From IMG/VR virus record IMGVR_UViG_3300036781_000303, positions 1 through 64,000 of that record: 64,000 nucleotides of DNA, one strand, 5' to 3'. Positions 26,228 through 36,189 of the stretch are shown piece after piece; position 1 is the first letter of the stretch; each line of letters starts with the position of its first letter. The notes under the pieces were generated by a model. The model worked only from the letters and a program-made list of their open reading frames with translations, was not told where the DNA came from and did no database searches. The position numbers and the translations under genes were made by a program. This stretch comes from a virus.

Positions 26228-27124
26228 ATGCGCTTGCACCTGGCAGCTGCGTACTGGAATGAGATGCGGCCGGGGCAGAAGTTTTTCGAAATGCTGCCCC
26301 CGCATCAGAAAGCCCATGTCGACGCGCCTTACCTACTCGAATCCTATCACTACCTGGCGCAAGACAAGCTGCGTCGAATTCTGCGCGACAACAAGAAACG
26401 CATCTTTATCGATAGTGGCGCCTTCACAGCATTGACCATGGGCGTCACGATCGACCTACCCGAGTACTGCCGCTTTATTCAAGAGTTCGCCGACGTCATC
26501 GAAGTTGCATCGGTGCTCGATGTCATTGGCAGCGCCGAAGGCACATGGGACAACCAGCAGCGCATGGAAAGATTGGGCGTCAAACCCATACCGTGCTTTC
26601 ACTATGGCGAAGATATGCGCTGGTGTGACTACTACGCTGCTAACTACGAGTACATCGCGCTCGGGGGTGTGGCCATTGCCACACGGCCTGAGCTGCGTAG
26701 CTGGTTCGACGAGGTATGGGAAAAACACCTGACCGATGGTGCCGGGCGCCCTAAATGCAAGGTGCACGGGTTCGCGGTCACGTCGATACCGCTGATGCAA
26801 CGCTACCCCTGGTATAGCGTTGATTCATCCGGCTGGGTCCAAATAAGTAGTGTAGGCTACGTGCGTCATCCGCTGCACGGACTGATAACTATTGGTAGCA
26901 ATAGTTCCAATCGAAAGATTGAGGGGCAGCACTACGATAATTTACCGCCCATCATGCAGTACCAGCTCACACAAGAATTCAACGCGCTAGGCTACGACTT
27001 AGACGATTTGCGCAACAACTATCACACACGTCGTGCGTATTGCATGTGGGCGTATCAAGAGATAAACCGCAACATCGATCGCATAGGCAAAACATTCGTC
27101 AATCAGCAAACACCATTGTTCTAG
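26228..27124 (+). CDS. dpdA: DpdA-like (TGT-fold) DNA deazaguanine transglycosylase
   Basis: IFIDSGAF, LDVIG, YIALGG, VHGFA, YSVDSS TGT-family motifs; located beside queECD. Confidence 0.8.
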   Translation: MRLHLAAAYWNEMRPGQKFFEMLPPHQKAHVDAPYLLESYHYLAQDKLRRILRDNKKRIFIDSGAFTALTMGVTIDLPEYCRFIQEFADVIEVASVLDVIGSAEGTWDNQQRMERLGVKPIPCFHYGEDMRWCDYYAANYEYIALGGVAIATRPELRSWFDEVWEKHLTDGAGRPKCKVHGFAVTSIPLMQRYPWYSVDSSGWVQISSVGYVRHPLHGLITIGSNSSNRKIEGQHYDNLPPIMQYQLTQEFNALGYDLDDLRNNYHTRRAYCMWAYQEINRNIDRIGKTFVNQQTPLF

Positions 27125-27132
27125 AGGTCGCC

Positions 27133-27324
27133 ATGAAAATCAAAGTTTGGTTTCCGCGTACTGTCTCAGGCCAGACCATTGAAGTGTACGACGTGCAAGC
27201 CATACCGCACGTAGGTGAAAGCCTGTGCACGCACGAAGACGACCAGGTGTATGACATTCGCACCGTAACGCACGTCATGCTGCCTGGTCTTGACGGTGTC
27301 ATTGCTCACATCACTGTCAGCTAA
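27133..27324 (+). CDS. hypothetical protein
   Basis: GAGG SD. Confidence 0.55.
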   Translation: MKIKVWFPRTVSGQTIEVYDVQAIPHVGESLCTHEDDQVYDIRTVTHVMLPGLDGVIAHITVS

Positions 27325-27329
27325 CCGCT

Positions 27330-27521
27330 ATGGATCGCATCTATTTTAATTGTCCTTGCGCACCCGATGGTAGCGATTCACTAGAGTGTGTTGTACGCAA
27401 CACAAACAATGGCCTAGTGAGCGTCGATGCACCTGTGCACCGTGATAGCTATCTAAAGAAGCGCATGGAATTCCCCATGACCAACGTGTACAGAATTGAG
27501 TATGGGACCCAAATCCGATAG
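27330..27521 (+). CDS. hypothetical protein
   Basis: Packed ORF. Confidence 0.45.
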   Translation: MDRIYFNCPCAPDGSDSLECVVRNTNNGLVSVDAPVHRDSYLKKRMEFPMTNVYRIEYGTQIR

Positions 27522-27763
27522 TGACCATGCTGCTTCGCATCGTCGCCCCGCATTTTGTAGCTGGTGTGATAGCCACGAACTATGTGGTGACCGAGGCTGC
27601 GCCGATCGTGCGCTACATGCTCAGGTGGCGGACCATGCGGGTGTGGACGTATTGCCAAAAGAAAGGCTGGCAAGTCGACTGCTTAGATGGTTAGCCGGTG
27701 GCTGCTGTGTGCAGCCTGGTGTTTATTGCCTGCCTAACGGGCATATCGTAGTGGTGCCAGACA

Positions 27764-28162
27764 ATGTCCAATCCGATGTTGAATATTAAACCTGGCGATC
27801 GTGTGCGACGCACACTGGTTGGCACGGTAGGCAATGATCTACCGAGCCTGGTGCGTCCTGGCGACACAGGCGTTGTCGATAACGTCAATGAAAAACACGT
27901 ACGCGTGTTTTGGGACAACGCTTGCTGCAATATTCGCTATGACGTGCGCTCGCAGTACCTTGAGAAAATTGTTCCTACACCTTTGCAACGATTGGGTATT
28001 GATCTGGTCGACCCCTACCCTGCATTAGACATGCTGCATGTTGTGGCCACATCGCCTGATAGTGCAGAAAAGAACCGTGTGCTTTTACGCTTGCACGAAC
28101 AGCTGCTGACGTTCGTGCAAGCTACGCTGGGACCGCGTGACACCGTAGGGCCGAGGGGTTAA
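27764..28162 (+). CDS. hypothetical protein (SH3/KOW-like N-terminus)
   Basis: IKPGDRVR..GDTGVV..VRVFWD. Confidence 0.55.
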   Translation: MSNPMLNIKPGDRVRRTLVGTVGNDLPSLVRPGDTGVVDNVNEKHVRVFWDNACCNIRYDVRSQYLEKIVPTPLQRLGIDLVDPYPALDMLHVVATSPDSAEKNRVLLRLHEQLLTFVQATLGPRDTVGPRG

Positions 28163-28164
28163 TC

Positions 28165-28593
28165 ATGGACTTCATTGCTGAATTTAAAGGCCCGTATCGC
28201 TTCTTGTCCAACTTCTACCCAGCGCGTATTAACTATTTGGGTATTATGTTCGATACGACCGAACACGCCTTTCAGGCCGCTAAGGCATGCACGCGTGCTG
28301 ACGCCATTCGCATTGCATCGATTATCAAGCCAGGCGACGCTAAGCGCGCCGGCAAGAAGCTTGAGCTCTTACGGCCTGATTGGGAACAAGTCAAAGAACT
28401 GGTCATGCTCGATGTGTTGAGACTTAAGTTCCAACATCCAGATTTACGTCGCAAGCTGCTAGAAACAGGCACCGCGCATTTGCAAGAGGGCAATACCTGG
28501 GATGATACCTATTGGGGTGTTTGCGATGGTCAAGGTCTCAACCGGCTTGGCGTTCTTTTGATGAAAGTACGCGACGAGGTGCGGCATGGCTAA
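28165..28593 (+). CDS. NADAR (YbiA-like) ADP-ribose N-glycosidase
   Basis: FLSNFY, TTEHAFQAAK, LLETG, DTYWG, GLNRLGVLLMKVR. Confidence 0.92.
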   Translation: MDFIAEFKGPYRFLSNFYPARINYLGIMFDTTEHAFQAAKACTRADAIRIASIIKPGDAKRAGKKLELLRPDWEQVKELVMLDVLRLKFQHPDLRRKLLETGTAHLQEGNTWDDTYWGVCDGQGLNRLGVLLMKVRDEVRHG

Positions 28594-29617
28594 AGCAAAG
28601 CAACCAACGACTGCAGCAAAGGCTACGACGCGAAAAGAAAAGCCCGTACCGGGTGCGTCCATGCTTGACGTCTTGCGCTTCGTTAAAGGCGCTGTGAGCA
28701 CCAAGGACTTTGTACCTGCACTGACGCACTTTCAAATCAAGCATTCTCGCATCACGGGGTTCAACGGCAAGATAAGCTTGTGCGCGCCTATCGCGCTCGA
28801 TATCGATTGTGTGCCTAAAGCGCAACCGTTTGTCGATGCCATTGAAGCATGCACCGATACGGCGCAGCTCAACATGACCGTCAATGGCAAGCTGCATGTG
28901 CGCAGTGGCACGTTTCGCGCGCACGTCGAGTGCATCGACCTTGATACATTCCCTGAGGTCAAACCCGAAGGTGTGACCATTGAGCTGACCGGGCCGATAT
29001 TGCCGGCATTTAGAAAGCTCTACGACTTCACCGCCGAAGATGCCAGCCGACCATGGGCAACCGGCGTACTACTTGATGGCCACAGCGCCTTCGCTTCTAA
29101 CAATGTGGTCATCATCGAGCACTGGCTCGGGTTTCATTTTCCTTTTCGTATCAATGTGCCGCGATCGACAATACGCGAAATGCTGCGCATCGACGAAGAG
29201 CCATTGGGTATGCAAGCGACTGAGGGCAGTGTCACTTTCCACTATAGCGGACAGCGCTGGCTGCGTAGTGCGCTCAACAGCGTTGAGTGGCCAGACATTG
29301 CAGGTCTGTTTGAAAAGGTAAGCCAGATTGATCAAGCGCTTATTCAACCCGTGCACGCTGAACTGTTCGATGCACTCGACAAGCTTAAGCCGTTTCTTGG
29401 CGAAGCCAATCGCGTGTGGGTCCAAGATGGCGCCCTGGTCACTGCCGAAGTCGATGGCGCCAGCGTCGAGCTACCCTGGATGCCCACATGTAGTTTTAAC
29501 CACAAAATGTTGGGGCTGCTTCGTGGCATTGCTACAGAAGCAGCCTTTGCCGTCTGGCCTTCACCTGTCCCGTTCTACGGCGACAATGTGCGAGGCGTCA
29601 TAGCATGTATGAGGTAA
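28586..29617 (+). CDS. DNA sliding clamp (Pol III beta-like)
   Basis: 343 aa; FPEV..AEDASRPWATGVLL..ASNN..EWPDI pattern resembling DnaN. Confidence 0.75.
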   Translation: MAKAKQPTTAAKATTRKEKPVPGASMLDVLRFVKGAVSTKDFVPALTHFQIKHSRITGFNGKISLCAPIALDIDCVPKAQPFVDAIEACTDTAQLNMTVNGKLHVRSGTFRAHVECIDLDTFPEVKPEGVTIELTGPILPAFRKLYDFTAEDASRPWATGVLLDGHSAFASNNVVIIEHWLGFHFPFRINVPRSTIREMLRIDEEPLGMQATEGSVTFHYSGQRWLRSALNSVEWPDIAGLFEKVSQIDQALIQPVHAELFDALDKLKPFLGEANRVWVQDGALVTAEVDGASVELPWMPTCSFNHKMLGLLRGIATEAAFAVWPSPVPFYGDNVRGVIACMR

Positions 29618-29621
29618 TCAC

Positions 29622-29948
29622 GTGACACCACAACAAGTCGAAGCAACATTGCACCAGGCCATCAAGCGCTTTCTAAATCGCACACAGCAAGGACGCGTCA
29701 TGCGCGCTTATCGCGAATCGATCGCGCGTGCAACGCCTGCTGATGATAGCCACAGGCTGGACTTCGTCCTGAAACGTCAAGCGTTCTTGCTTCGCAAGAA
29801 ATCTGACGCTGGCACATTCACCTATCAGCTGTTGGAACAAGACGAGAACGAGAATTTTGTTGTCTTATCGGGCAACGGATGGTTTCGCGAGCCGCGCGAC
29901 GCTATCGATGCAGCCATGAAATTCGAACTTGCAAAGGTGCAGTCATGA
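29622..29948 (+). CDS. hypothetical protein
   Basis: GAGG SD; ATGA overlap. Confidence 0.55.
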   Translation: MTPQQVEATLHQAIKRFLNRTQQGRVMRAYRESIARATPADDSHRLDFVLKRQAFLLRKKSDAGTFTYQLLEQDENENFVVLSGNGWFREPRDAIDAAMKFELAKVQS

Positions 29949-31003
29949 ACACACAGCTGCTACGCGTCATCGCAAAAGAAATGGCCGAAGCTCGCTTGGC
30001 CGCACAGCAAGGTGACGCCGAGATAAAACTCGAAGCTATCGATAACTGGGCGTCAAGGCTTAAACTACTTGCTGCAATAACCGAAGGCGAGTGGGTAAAA
30101 GCCGACGATAAAAAACCCGAACTGGCCTATACCGACGTCTATACGATTTCGCTATTGGCGGCACAAGACATCGCGAAGATGCTTGCTTGCGCGACCTCGC
30201 AAGATGTGGACAACATCCAGTGTTGTGTCATCGAAGCCATGCGAAATATCCCTGTGCTTGAATGGGGTCATATCGATACGGCACCCAAGGACGGCACAAC
30301 CGTGCTCACATGCTGGCGTGGTGCTGATTACAAGTTGAACTACTTCAATACGATGGCCGATCTAGCAGACAGTTTTAAACTCGGCCGTGAACAGTGGTGG
30401 TACTCGGCCGCTGATAAACAGCCAACGCATTGGTTGCGCTTTCTACGTTTCGGTGAAGTCGGTCGCATCGCACAAATGCCCACCATCGATCTTGACTATG
30501 AAGCGTACAACGTCATTCATAACGAGTACCTCAAGGCATACCCTGATTTACCGGTCGAGTACACAAGCAACGACATCGATTTTGATATCTGCGAGATAAT
30601 CAAGAACAGTGCCTCTGTCAAAAGAATAGACGAAGGGGACTGGGTCCGTGCTGATGACGTCAACAGGCTAGTGCGCGAGCTCGACGTTGCATTGAATGGC
30701 GAAGCGGGTGCCGCTGAGCAAGCAGCATTGTGCGATATCGTTTCGCACGTCAAATCACAAGGCTGGAAGCTGGTTAATACTTCTACGGCCACACAAGACC
30801 AAGAAGCCTGGGTGAAGGCTAATGACGCGCATATTGCATCAATGGCTTATAGCCATCTGCATAGTGTTGCCGAAAAGATAACGATCGAGCGTTCGCCAGA
30901 GATGTTTCCACAGGCTACCTACGACGTATGCACTGCAGGTCTGCGTAGCTTCTCGATGGCGCTTATCGATGCGTATAACCATGCATTGGCAGACAAGCCA
31001 TGA
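29945..31003 (+). CDS. mosaic accessory protein (DUF551-like module)
   Basis: WGHIDTAPKDG..PTHW. Confidence 0.6.
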   Translation: MNTQLLRVIAKEMAEARLAAQQGDAEIKLEAIDNWASRLKLLAAITEGEWVKADDKKPELAYTDVYTISLLAAQDIAKMLACATSQDVDNIQCCVIEAMRNIPVLEWGHIDTAPKDGTTVLTCWRGADYKLNYFNTMADLADSFKLGREQWWYSAADKQPTHWLRFLRFGEVGRIAQMPTIDLDYEAYNVIHNEYLKAYPDLPVEYTSNDIDFDICEIIKNSASVKRIDEGDWVRADDVNRLVRELDVALNGEAGAAEQAALCDIVSHVKSQGWKLVNTSTATQDQEAWVKANDAHIASMAYSHLHSVAEKITIERSPEMFPQATYDVCTAGLRSFSMALIDAYNHALADKP

Positions 31004-31422
31004 GTCGCGTGCATCATTACGATCTACCCGTTGCGCAATGGGATAGATTTCTATTTTTCATGGCGACGACCAGGGGTATGCGCGCACACCAAGTTGCCGA
31101 AGTCATTGGCAAGCTTACGCCTGGTATCGATTGGACAGGCTGTTCAAAAAGCGACATGGCACGCGAGTTTGCTAGGACAGACGTTTCAGCATTTGAGCAA
31201 ATTAGCGAGCTGACCAAAGACGCTCTTACTACTGCAGTTGCCTCACGCAAAGCTAAGGTTAACGCCACGAAGCCAACGCTCGACCAGGTACATGCATTCT
31301 TGCTGGGTAAAGCTGCAATCGATGGCTTCTGGTTTGGCGATGTACCACACGGCAAGTCGCGTTTCTGGTGGCGAACACACCTATATGAAGCATTGGCCGA
31401 AACCAACAAAAAGGATAAGTAG
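31000..31422 (+). CDS. hypothetical protein
   Basis: ATGA overlap. Confidence 0.55.
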   Translation: MSRVHHYDLPVAQWDRFLFFMATTRGMRAHQVAEVIGKLTPGIDWTGCSKSDMAREFARTDVSAFEQISELTKDALTTAVASRKAKVNATKPTLDQVHAFLLGKAAIDGFWFGDVPHGKSRFWWRTHLYEALAETNKKDK

Positions 31423-31424
31423 CC

Positions 31425-31829
31425 ATGGGCATTGTTGAGCTCATTCAAAATCTTGGCGACGAGAACATTAGCCTGCAAATGCTCGATCGTTCGATAACGC
31501 ATGCCCAGGCTAAGCAAAACGGTGATGTACTTGTGACGTTCGGTTGCCAAGTACCTATTGCTGATCTGGGTATGCTGGGGCCACCCAAAAAGCGCGGCAT
31601 GATTTTGTGGGTCACTACCGAAAAGCTCGATGCTGCGTTAAAGCAGCCATTAGCATCCACTACGCAAACGCTCTACGATGCGACGCCACTCGTCGAAGCT
31701 ATCATTGATAAGCTGTGTGGTCGCAAGGGCTTCGATGAAGCTTTCGATGTAGACGATGACATACTCGACGAAATAAAAAGCGAGATGGCCACAACCATCG
31801 CTACGTTCTTGAAGTCGCCTAAGTCATGA
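31425..31829 (+). CDS. hypothetical protein
   Basis: AAGGA SD. Confidence 0.55.
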   Translation: MGIVELIQNLGDENISLQMLDRSITHAQAKQNGDVLVTFGCQVPIADLGMLGPPKKRGMILWVTTEKLDAALKQPLASTTQTLYDATPLVEAIIDKLCGRKGFDEAFDVDDDILDEIKSEMATTIATFLKSPKS

Positions 31830-32176
31830 AACTACTCAGAGCACTGGGTCATTCACTGTGGCACTGGGCTGGCAGTCCAAACGTCACACGCGCCGAAGTC
31901 ATCGAGCGCGACGAAGGCGGCTATGCCTGTAAGCACTGTGGCTATCACTATCATTGGACAAGGACATTCTAAGATGGATCAGCCTATAAGATTGCGTGAC
32001 TACGCCGATGAAGCCGCACGCATGTCACGTTTTCTTGCGCATAGCTACAGCACAGCCCGAACTAACGGCGGCTACTGGTACGCACCATCGCAATGGCTCG
32101 CTACGCGCGAGGGCCGCACCTACGTTGTGATCAATCGCGGCTACAACAACAGATACCGTTTACGGTGGATTACACT

Positions 32177-32419
32177 ATGACCGACGAAGCCAAACCTATC
32201 GATATGTTGTTGTGGTGCCCGAAATGCCAGACCCAGCACATCGACGAGCCTGATCTTGCCCCAGTGCGCCATGAAGATGGTAGTGCGTCGCTTTGGGATA
32301 ACCCGCCGCATAGATCGCATCTGTGCCACGTATGCGGCTGCATTTGGCGCCCCGCTGACGTGTATACGAATGGTGTCGAGCACATCCAAACCAGGGGTGC
32401 AAAGGACAACTGGCCATGA
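32177..32419 (+). CDS. zinc-binding hypothetical protein
   Basis: CPKC..H..HRSHLCHVC. Confidence 0.6.
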   Translation: MTDEAKPIDMLLWCPKCQTQHIDEPDLAPVRHEDGSASLWDNPPHRSHLCHVCGCIWRPADVYTNGVEHIQTRGAKDNWP

Positions 32420-32637
32420 CGAATCGATTGTACGGCTGTGCACGACGCGCCCCTATCATTATAAAAATCGTAGCACCGCAAGGTAGCGGCAAAGAAGCTA
32501 TCTGGAACATTTTGCGTGATGCTGTCGACGAAGCCAATAAAGAGACCGTCGATTTCGATTATGTGCTTACCGCCATGCCCAATGATGGCTGGGGTCAAGA
32601 AAGCATGACACTAGCGCGCAGACCTAAAAAGTCATGA
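32416..32637 (+). CDS. small protein with P-loop-like motif
   Basis: VAPQGSGKE; ATGA overlaps. Confidence 0.5.
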   Translation: MTNRLYGCARRAPIIIKIVAPQGSGKEAIWNILRDAVDEANKETVDFDYVLTAMPNDGWGQESMTLARRPKKS

Positions 32638-32999
32638 CCACGCGCACGCGGCCCATTATCGTTTTGGTCACAGGTGGTCGTAAGTATAACAACCGTGACC
32701 ACATCTGGTCGGTGCTCGATAGCATCGCAACCTACTACCCTGGCTTTTGTGTCGTCCAAGGTGGCGCGAAAGGTGCAGATGCGTGGGCCAAAGCGTGGGC
32801 AATCAAGCATGGGCACCCAAGCTTTACATGCGACGCTGCTTGGGACTTCTATGGCAACAACGCAGCTGGTCCTGTCAGTAATGGCTTCATGATTGAATTC
32901 ATGACGGTTGACATGGTGATTCACTTTCCTGGCAACACAGGCACAGCCAACATGGTTCGCCAGGCAAAAGCCAAAGGCATTACTTGTTACGAGGGTTGA
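32634..32999 (+). CDS. SLOG-family (YspA/DUF2493-like) nucleotide-binding protein
   Basis: VLVTGGR, QGGAKGAD, AAGP, FPGNTGTANM. Confidence 0.8.
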   Translation: MTTRTRPIIVLVTGGRKYNNRDHIWSVLDSIATYYPGFCVVQGGAKGADAWAKAWAIKHGHPSFTCDAAWDFYGNNAAGPVSNGFMIEFMTVDMVIHFPGNTGTANMVRQAKAKGITCYEG

Positions 33000-33001
33000 C
33001 C

Positions 33002-33256
33002 ATGATCTATTTAATCGCACCAACACGTGTTATTGCCGAAGTCGCTGCTACTGAACTTAAATTAGTTGGCTCAGATATGCGTGTGTTCACAGAACCGCAT
33101 TACATGGACGGCCTAGCACACAAGATCGGCGACATTTTTATTGTCATTAGAGCAGAACGCTTAGTCTTGTTTGGTTCGCGATTGACCAAATGGCGTCGTT
33201 GCCTCGATATGCTGCGCATCGCAGGTATCCCTTATATTGAGTACACAACGCCATGA
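33002..33256 (+). CDS. hypothetical protein
   Basis: GAGG SD. Confidence 0.5.
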   Translation: MIYLIAPTRVIAEVAATELKLVGSDMRVFTEPHYMDGLAHKIGDIFIVIRAERLVLFGSRLTKWRRCLDMLRIAGIPYIEYTTP

Positions 33257-33444
33257 GCTTACGACAGCGACTTCGCGCCTGGTGGCGCGGCAAGCAGTTC
33301 GATTTCAAATATCGCAACTTCATTGGCAACAAAGATAGCTGCATGTGTGGCGATAGCATCATTTCGCATGGCCCGTACACGCACAACCACACGCCTATGA
33401 GCATGTGGGACTACAACCGCTCGCTCTACGTCGACAAAAAGTAA
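33253..33444 (+). CDS. hypothetical protein
   Basis: Overlaps polymerase start (TAATG). Confidence 0.5.
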   Translation: MSLRQRLRAWWRGKQFDFKYRNFIGNKDSCMCGDSIISHGPYTHNHTPMSMWDYNRSLYVDKK

Positions 33445-35441
33445 TGCGCGACGACTCGATAGGTTTGTTTTGGGAAGACTTGCCAACGAGCAAGGCAGCG
33501 CGTGCAAACTACCAGCGCCCTATGCCAGCCATACCCGATACCGGTTGGCAGCCGCCGCGTGAGTTTCCCAATCTTGCTGCAGCGCGCGTGCTGTCGCTCG
33601 ATACCGAAACCTATGATCCTGAGCTTGAAGACCACGGACCAGGCTGGGGACGTGGCAAGGGCCATATCGTAGGTGTGTCGATCGGTGCTGATAACGACGG
33701 CGCCTGGTACTTCCCTGTTCGCCATACGGTTGAGCCCGAATACAACATGGACCCTGAAAAGGTCTTTGCTTGGCTACGCGACACGCTCGGCCGCGCCCAT
33801 CAGCCCAAAGTAGGCGCCAATCTGGTCTACGACGTAGGCTGGTTGATGGAAGAAAACGTACAGGTCAAGGGTGAGCTCGTCGACGTGCAGCTTGCCGAAG
33901 CATTGCTATATGAGCGTGGCGTCGTCAATCTGGACTGGCTGGGTGAAAAGTATCTAGGCGAAGGCAAGCAAACCAGCATGCTTTACCAGTGGCTTGCCGA
34001 CTTCTATGGTGGTGATGCCACAGGCAAGCAGCGCGCAAACATATGGCGCAGCCCGCCACGCCTGGCTGGCCCCTATGCTGAGCAAGATGCCGCGTTACCT
34101 TTGCGCATTGCGAAGCTGCAATATATCGAGCTGGCTAACCAGGGGTTGCTTGATGTGCTCAATGTCGAGAACGGGCTTATACCACTCATGGTCGCCATGC
34201 GGCGTGCCGGCGTCAGTGTGGCTGTGGACAAAGCCGAAGAGCTGCGCGACCGCCTCATAGGCATGCAACAGAAACAGCAGCAGAAGCTTGATCACATGGC
34301 AGGCATGGCTGTGTCAGTCGATAGCGCTGCGTCGCTGGCCAAGATGTTTGACGCCGTTGGCGTGGAATACCCTCGCACGAAGCCGACCGAGAAAAAGCCC
34401 ACAGGATCACCCAGTTTTACGCGCACCTGGTTAGAGCATTGTGACCATCCGCTAGCCGAGCTCGTTAAGGACATTCGTCGCGTCAGCAAGCTACGCGGCA
34501 CCTTCGTCGAAAGCTACATCTTGAACAGCCATGTCAATGGCAAGGTGTATGGCCAGTTTCACTTATTGCGCGGCGACGACAACGGTACGCGCAGCGGTCG
34601 CTTGTCATCGAGCACACCTAACCTGCAGAACATACCGAGCCGCGATAAAGAGTTGGCACCGCTCGTGCGTGGCATGTTCATACCTGACCCTGGCCATCAT
34701 CAATGGCGTCGATTCGACTACAGTCAAATCGAGTACCGCTTTCTTGTGCATTTTGCGCAAGGACCAGGCGCGATGGATGCACAGCGCCGCTACCATCAGG
34801 ACCCTGATACCGATTACCACGAATTCGTTATCAACATGATTCATGAAATGACCGGGTTCACGCTCGATCGCAAGCCGGCCAAAAACATCAACTTCGGATT
34901 GATTTATGGCATGGGTATCCCCAAGCTGCTGCGCACGCTGGGACTCAGCAAAGCCGAAGGCAAGAAGCTATTCGACGCCTATCACAAGGCACTCCCCTAT
35001 GTGAAAACAACCATGGACGCCGTATCACAAGAGGCCGCACGAAGCGGCATCATCACAACCATCATGGGACGCCGTAGCCGCTTCGACCTGTGGCAGCCCC
35101 AGGGACGCGACCACGGGGGCATTGCGCTGCCCTACGAGGCCGCCATACGCCAATACGGCAGCGTGGCCAGGGCGCATACCCACAAAGCCCTGAATCGGCG
35201 CCTGCAGGGCAGCGCGGCCGACATGATGAAGGTAGCCATGCTCAAGTGCTGGCGCGAAGGGGTCTTTGACGAGGTGGGCGTACCCCGCGTGACCGTCCAT
35301 GACGAGCTGGGCCATAGCGACCCTGGCGGCAAGGACACCGCCTTTGCCTACATGAAAAGGACACTGGAAACGGCTATACCGCTCAATATTCCTGTCCGGG
35401 TTGATGAAGAGTGCGGCCCGGACTGGGGGCACGTCGCGTAA
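33444..35441 (+). CDS. family A DNA polymerase with 3'-5' exonuclease
   Basis: LDTET ExoI, YAEQDA ExoIII, SGRLSSSTPNLQNIP, DYSQIEYR, RKPAKNINFGLIYG, VHDE. Confidence 0.95.
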   Translation: MRDDSIGLFWEDLPTSKAARANYQRPMPAIPDTGWQPPREFPNLAAARVLSLDTETYDPELEDHGPGWGRGKGHIVGVSIGADNDGAWYFPVRHTVEPEYNMDPEKVFAWLRDTLGRAHQPKVGANLVYDVGWLMEENVQVKGELVDVQLAEALLYERGVVNLDWLGEKYLGEGKQTSMLYQWLADFYGGDATGKQRANIWRSPPRLAGPYAEQDAALPLRIAKLQYIELANQGLLDVLNVENGLIPLMVAMRRAGVSVAVDKAEELRDRLIGMQQKQQQKLDHMAGMAVSVDSAASLAKMFDAVGVEYPRTKPTEKKPTGSPSFTRTWLEHCDHPLAELVKDIRRVSKLRGTFVESYILNSHVNGKVYGQFHLLRGDDNGTRSGRLSSSTPNLQNIPSRDKELAPLVRGMFIPDPGHHQWRRFDYSQIEYRFLVHFAQGPGAMDAQRRYHQDPDTDYHEFVINMIHEMTGFTLDRKPAKNINFGLIYGMGIPKLLRTLGLSKAEGKKLFDAYHKALPYVKTTMDAVSQEAARSGIITTIMGRRSRFDLWQPQGRDHGGIALPYEAAIRQYGSVARAHTHKALNRRLQGSAADMMKVAMLKCWREGVFDEVGVPRVTVHDELGHSDPGGKDTAFAYMKRTLETAIPLNIPVRVDEECGPDWGHVA

Positions 35442-35466
35442 AAATTACGTTATCAAATAAAAGTGG

Positions 35467-35496
35467 ATGACATCATTCTTCCAATGGCGTTAGACT
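35467..35496 (+). promoter_or_regulatory. putative sigma70-like promoter
   Basis: ATGACA-N18-TAGACT with upstream A-tracts. Confidence 0.5.
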
Positions 35497-35538
35497 TGTT
35501 TACAGAGCGCGGCACGGGGCCGCGCAAGGGACAAGATC

Positions 35539-36189
35539 ATGGCTGCCAAGAACATCCAACTTCGCGGACATTGCCAGTGCTGCGGCCGTGTCCAGGCTGT
35601 AAAGAACGGTCGCATGTCGTTGCATGGCTACACGGTACAAAATCACTGGTTCAACGGCGTGTGCAGTGGCCACACCGCGCGACCGATTGAACACGATCGT
35701 GAGGTAGCTGATCGGTTAGTTGCAACGGTCTATGCGCAGTGCGTTGATCTGGACAGAACTGCTAATCTTTACGAGTCGGGTGAGCTGGTCCCTGAAACGA
35801 TTAGAAAGGGCTCGCATAAGCCTAACGAATCACCGACGAAGCCGTGGGCCGAAGGCAGCGATTACGAGCGCGAACGCGAAGTAAAAAGCCGCGTGTGGAA
35901 TACTCGCAATCATGCCAGTGCTGGGCGTGACTTCGCAAAGACACTGCAGCAGATAACGAACACGTTTCACGGTAAAGAGCTGCAGCAGGTTGAACGCGCA
36001 GAAGCACCGGCACCCATTCTTTCTGGTGAACGTCGCGAGCTCAATACGGCTAGCGTGCCCAAGACGGTAGCCACTGTGACGCGTGTAGATCGCAGTCGTG
36101 TGTATTGGAAAGCTACCTTCGGCGACAGCGTCAGACAGGGTTGGACGGGCACGCAGGCGTGGCGCAAGCTCAACAAAGTAGAGAAGTGA
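35539..36189 (+). CDS. hypothetical protein with N-terminal zinc finger
   Basis: GHCQCCGR..HGY..CSG. Confidence 0.65.
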   Translation: MAAKNIQLRGHCQCCGRVQAVKNGRMSLHGYTVQNHWFNGVCSGHTARPIEHDREVADRLVATVYAQCVDLDRTANLYESGELVPETIRKGSHKPNESPTKPWAEGSDYEREREVKSRVWNTRNHASAGRDFAKTLQQITNTFHGKELQQVERAEAPAPILSGERRELNTASVPKTVATVTRVDRSRVYWKATFGDSVRQGWTGTQAWRKLNKVEK

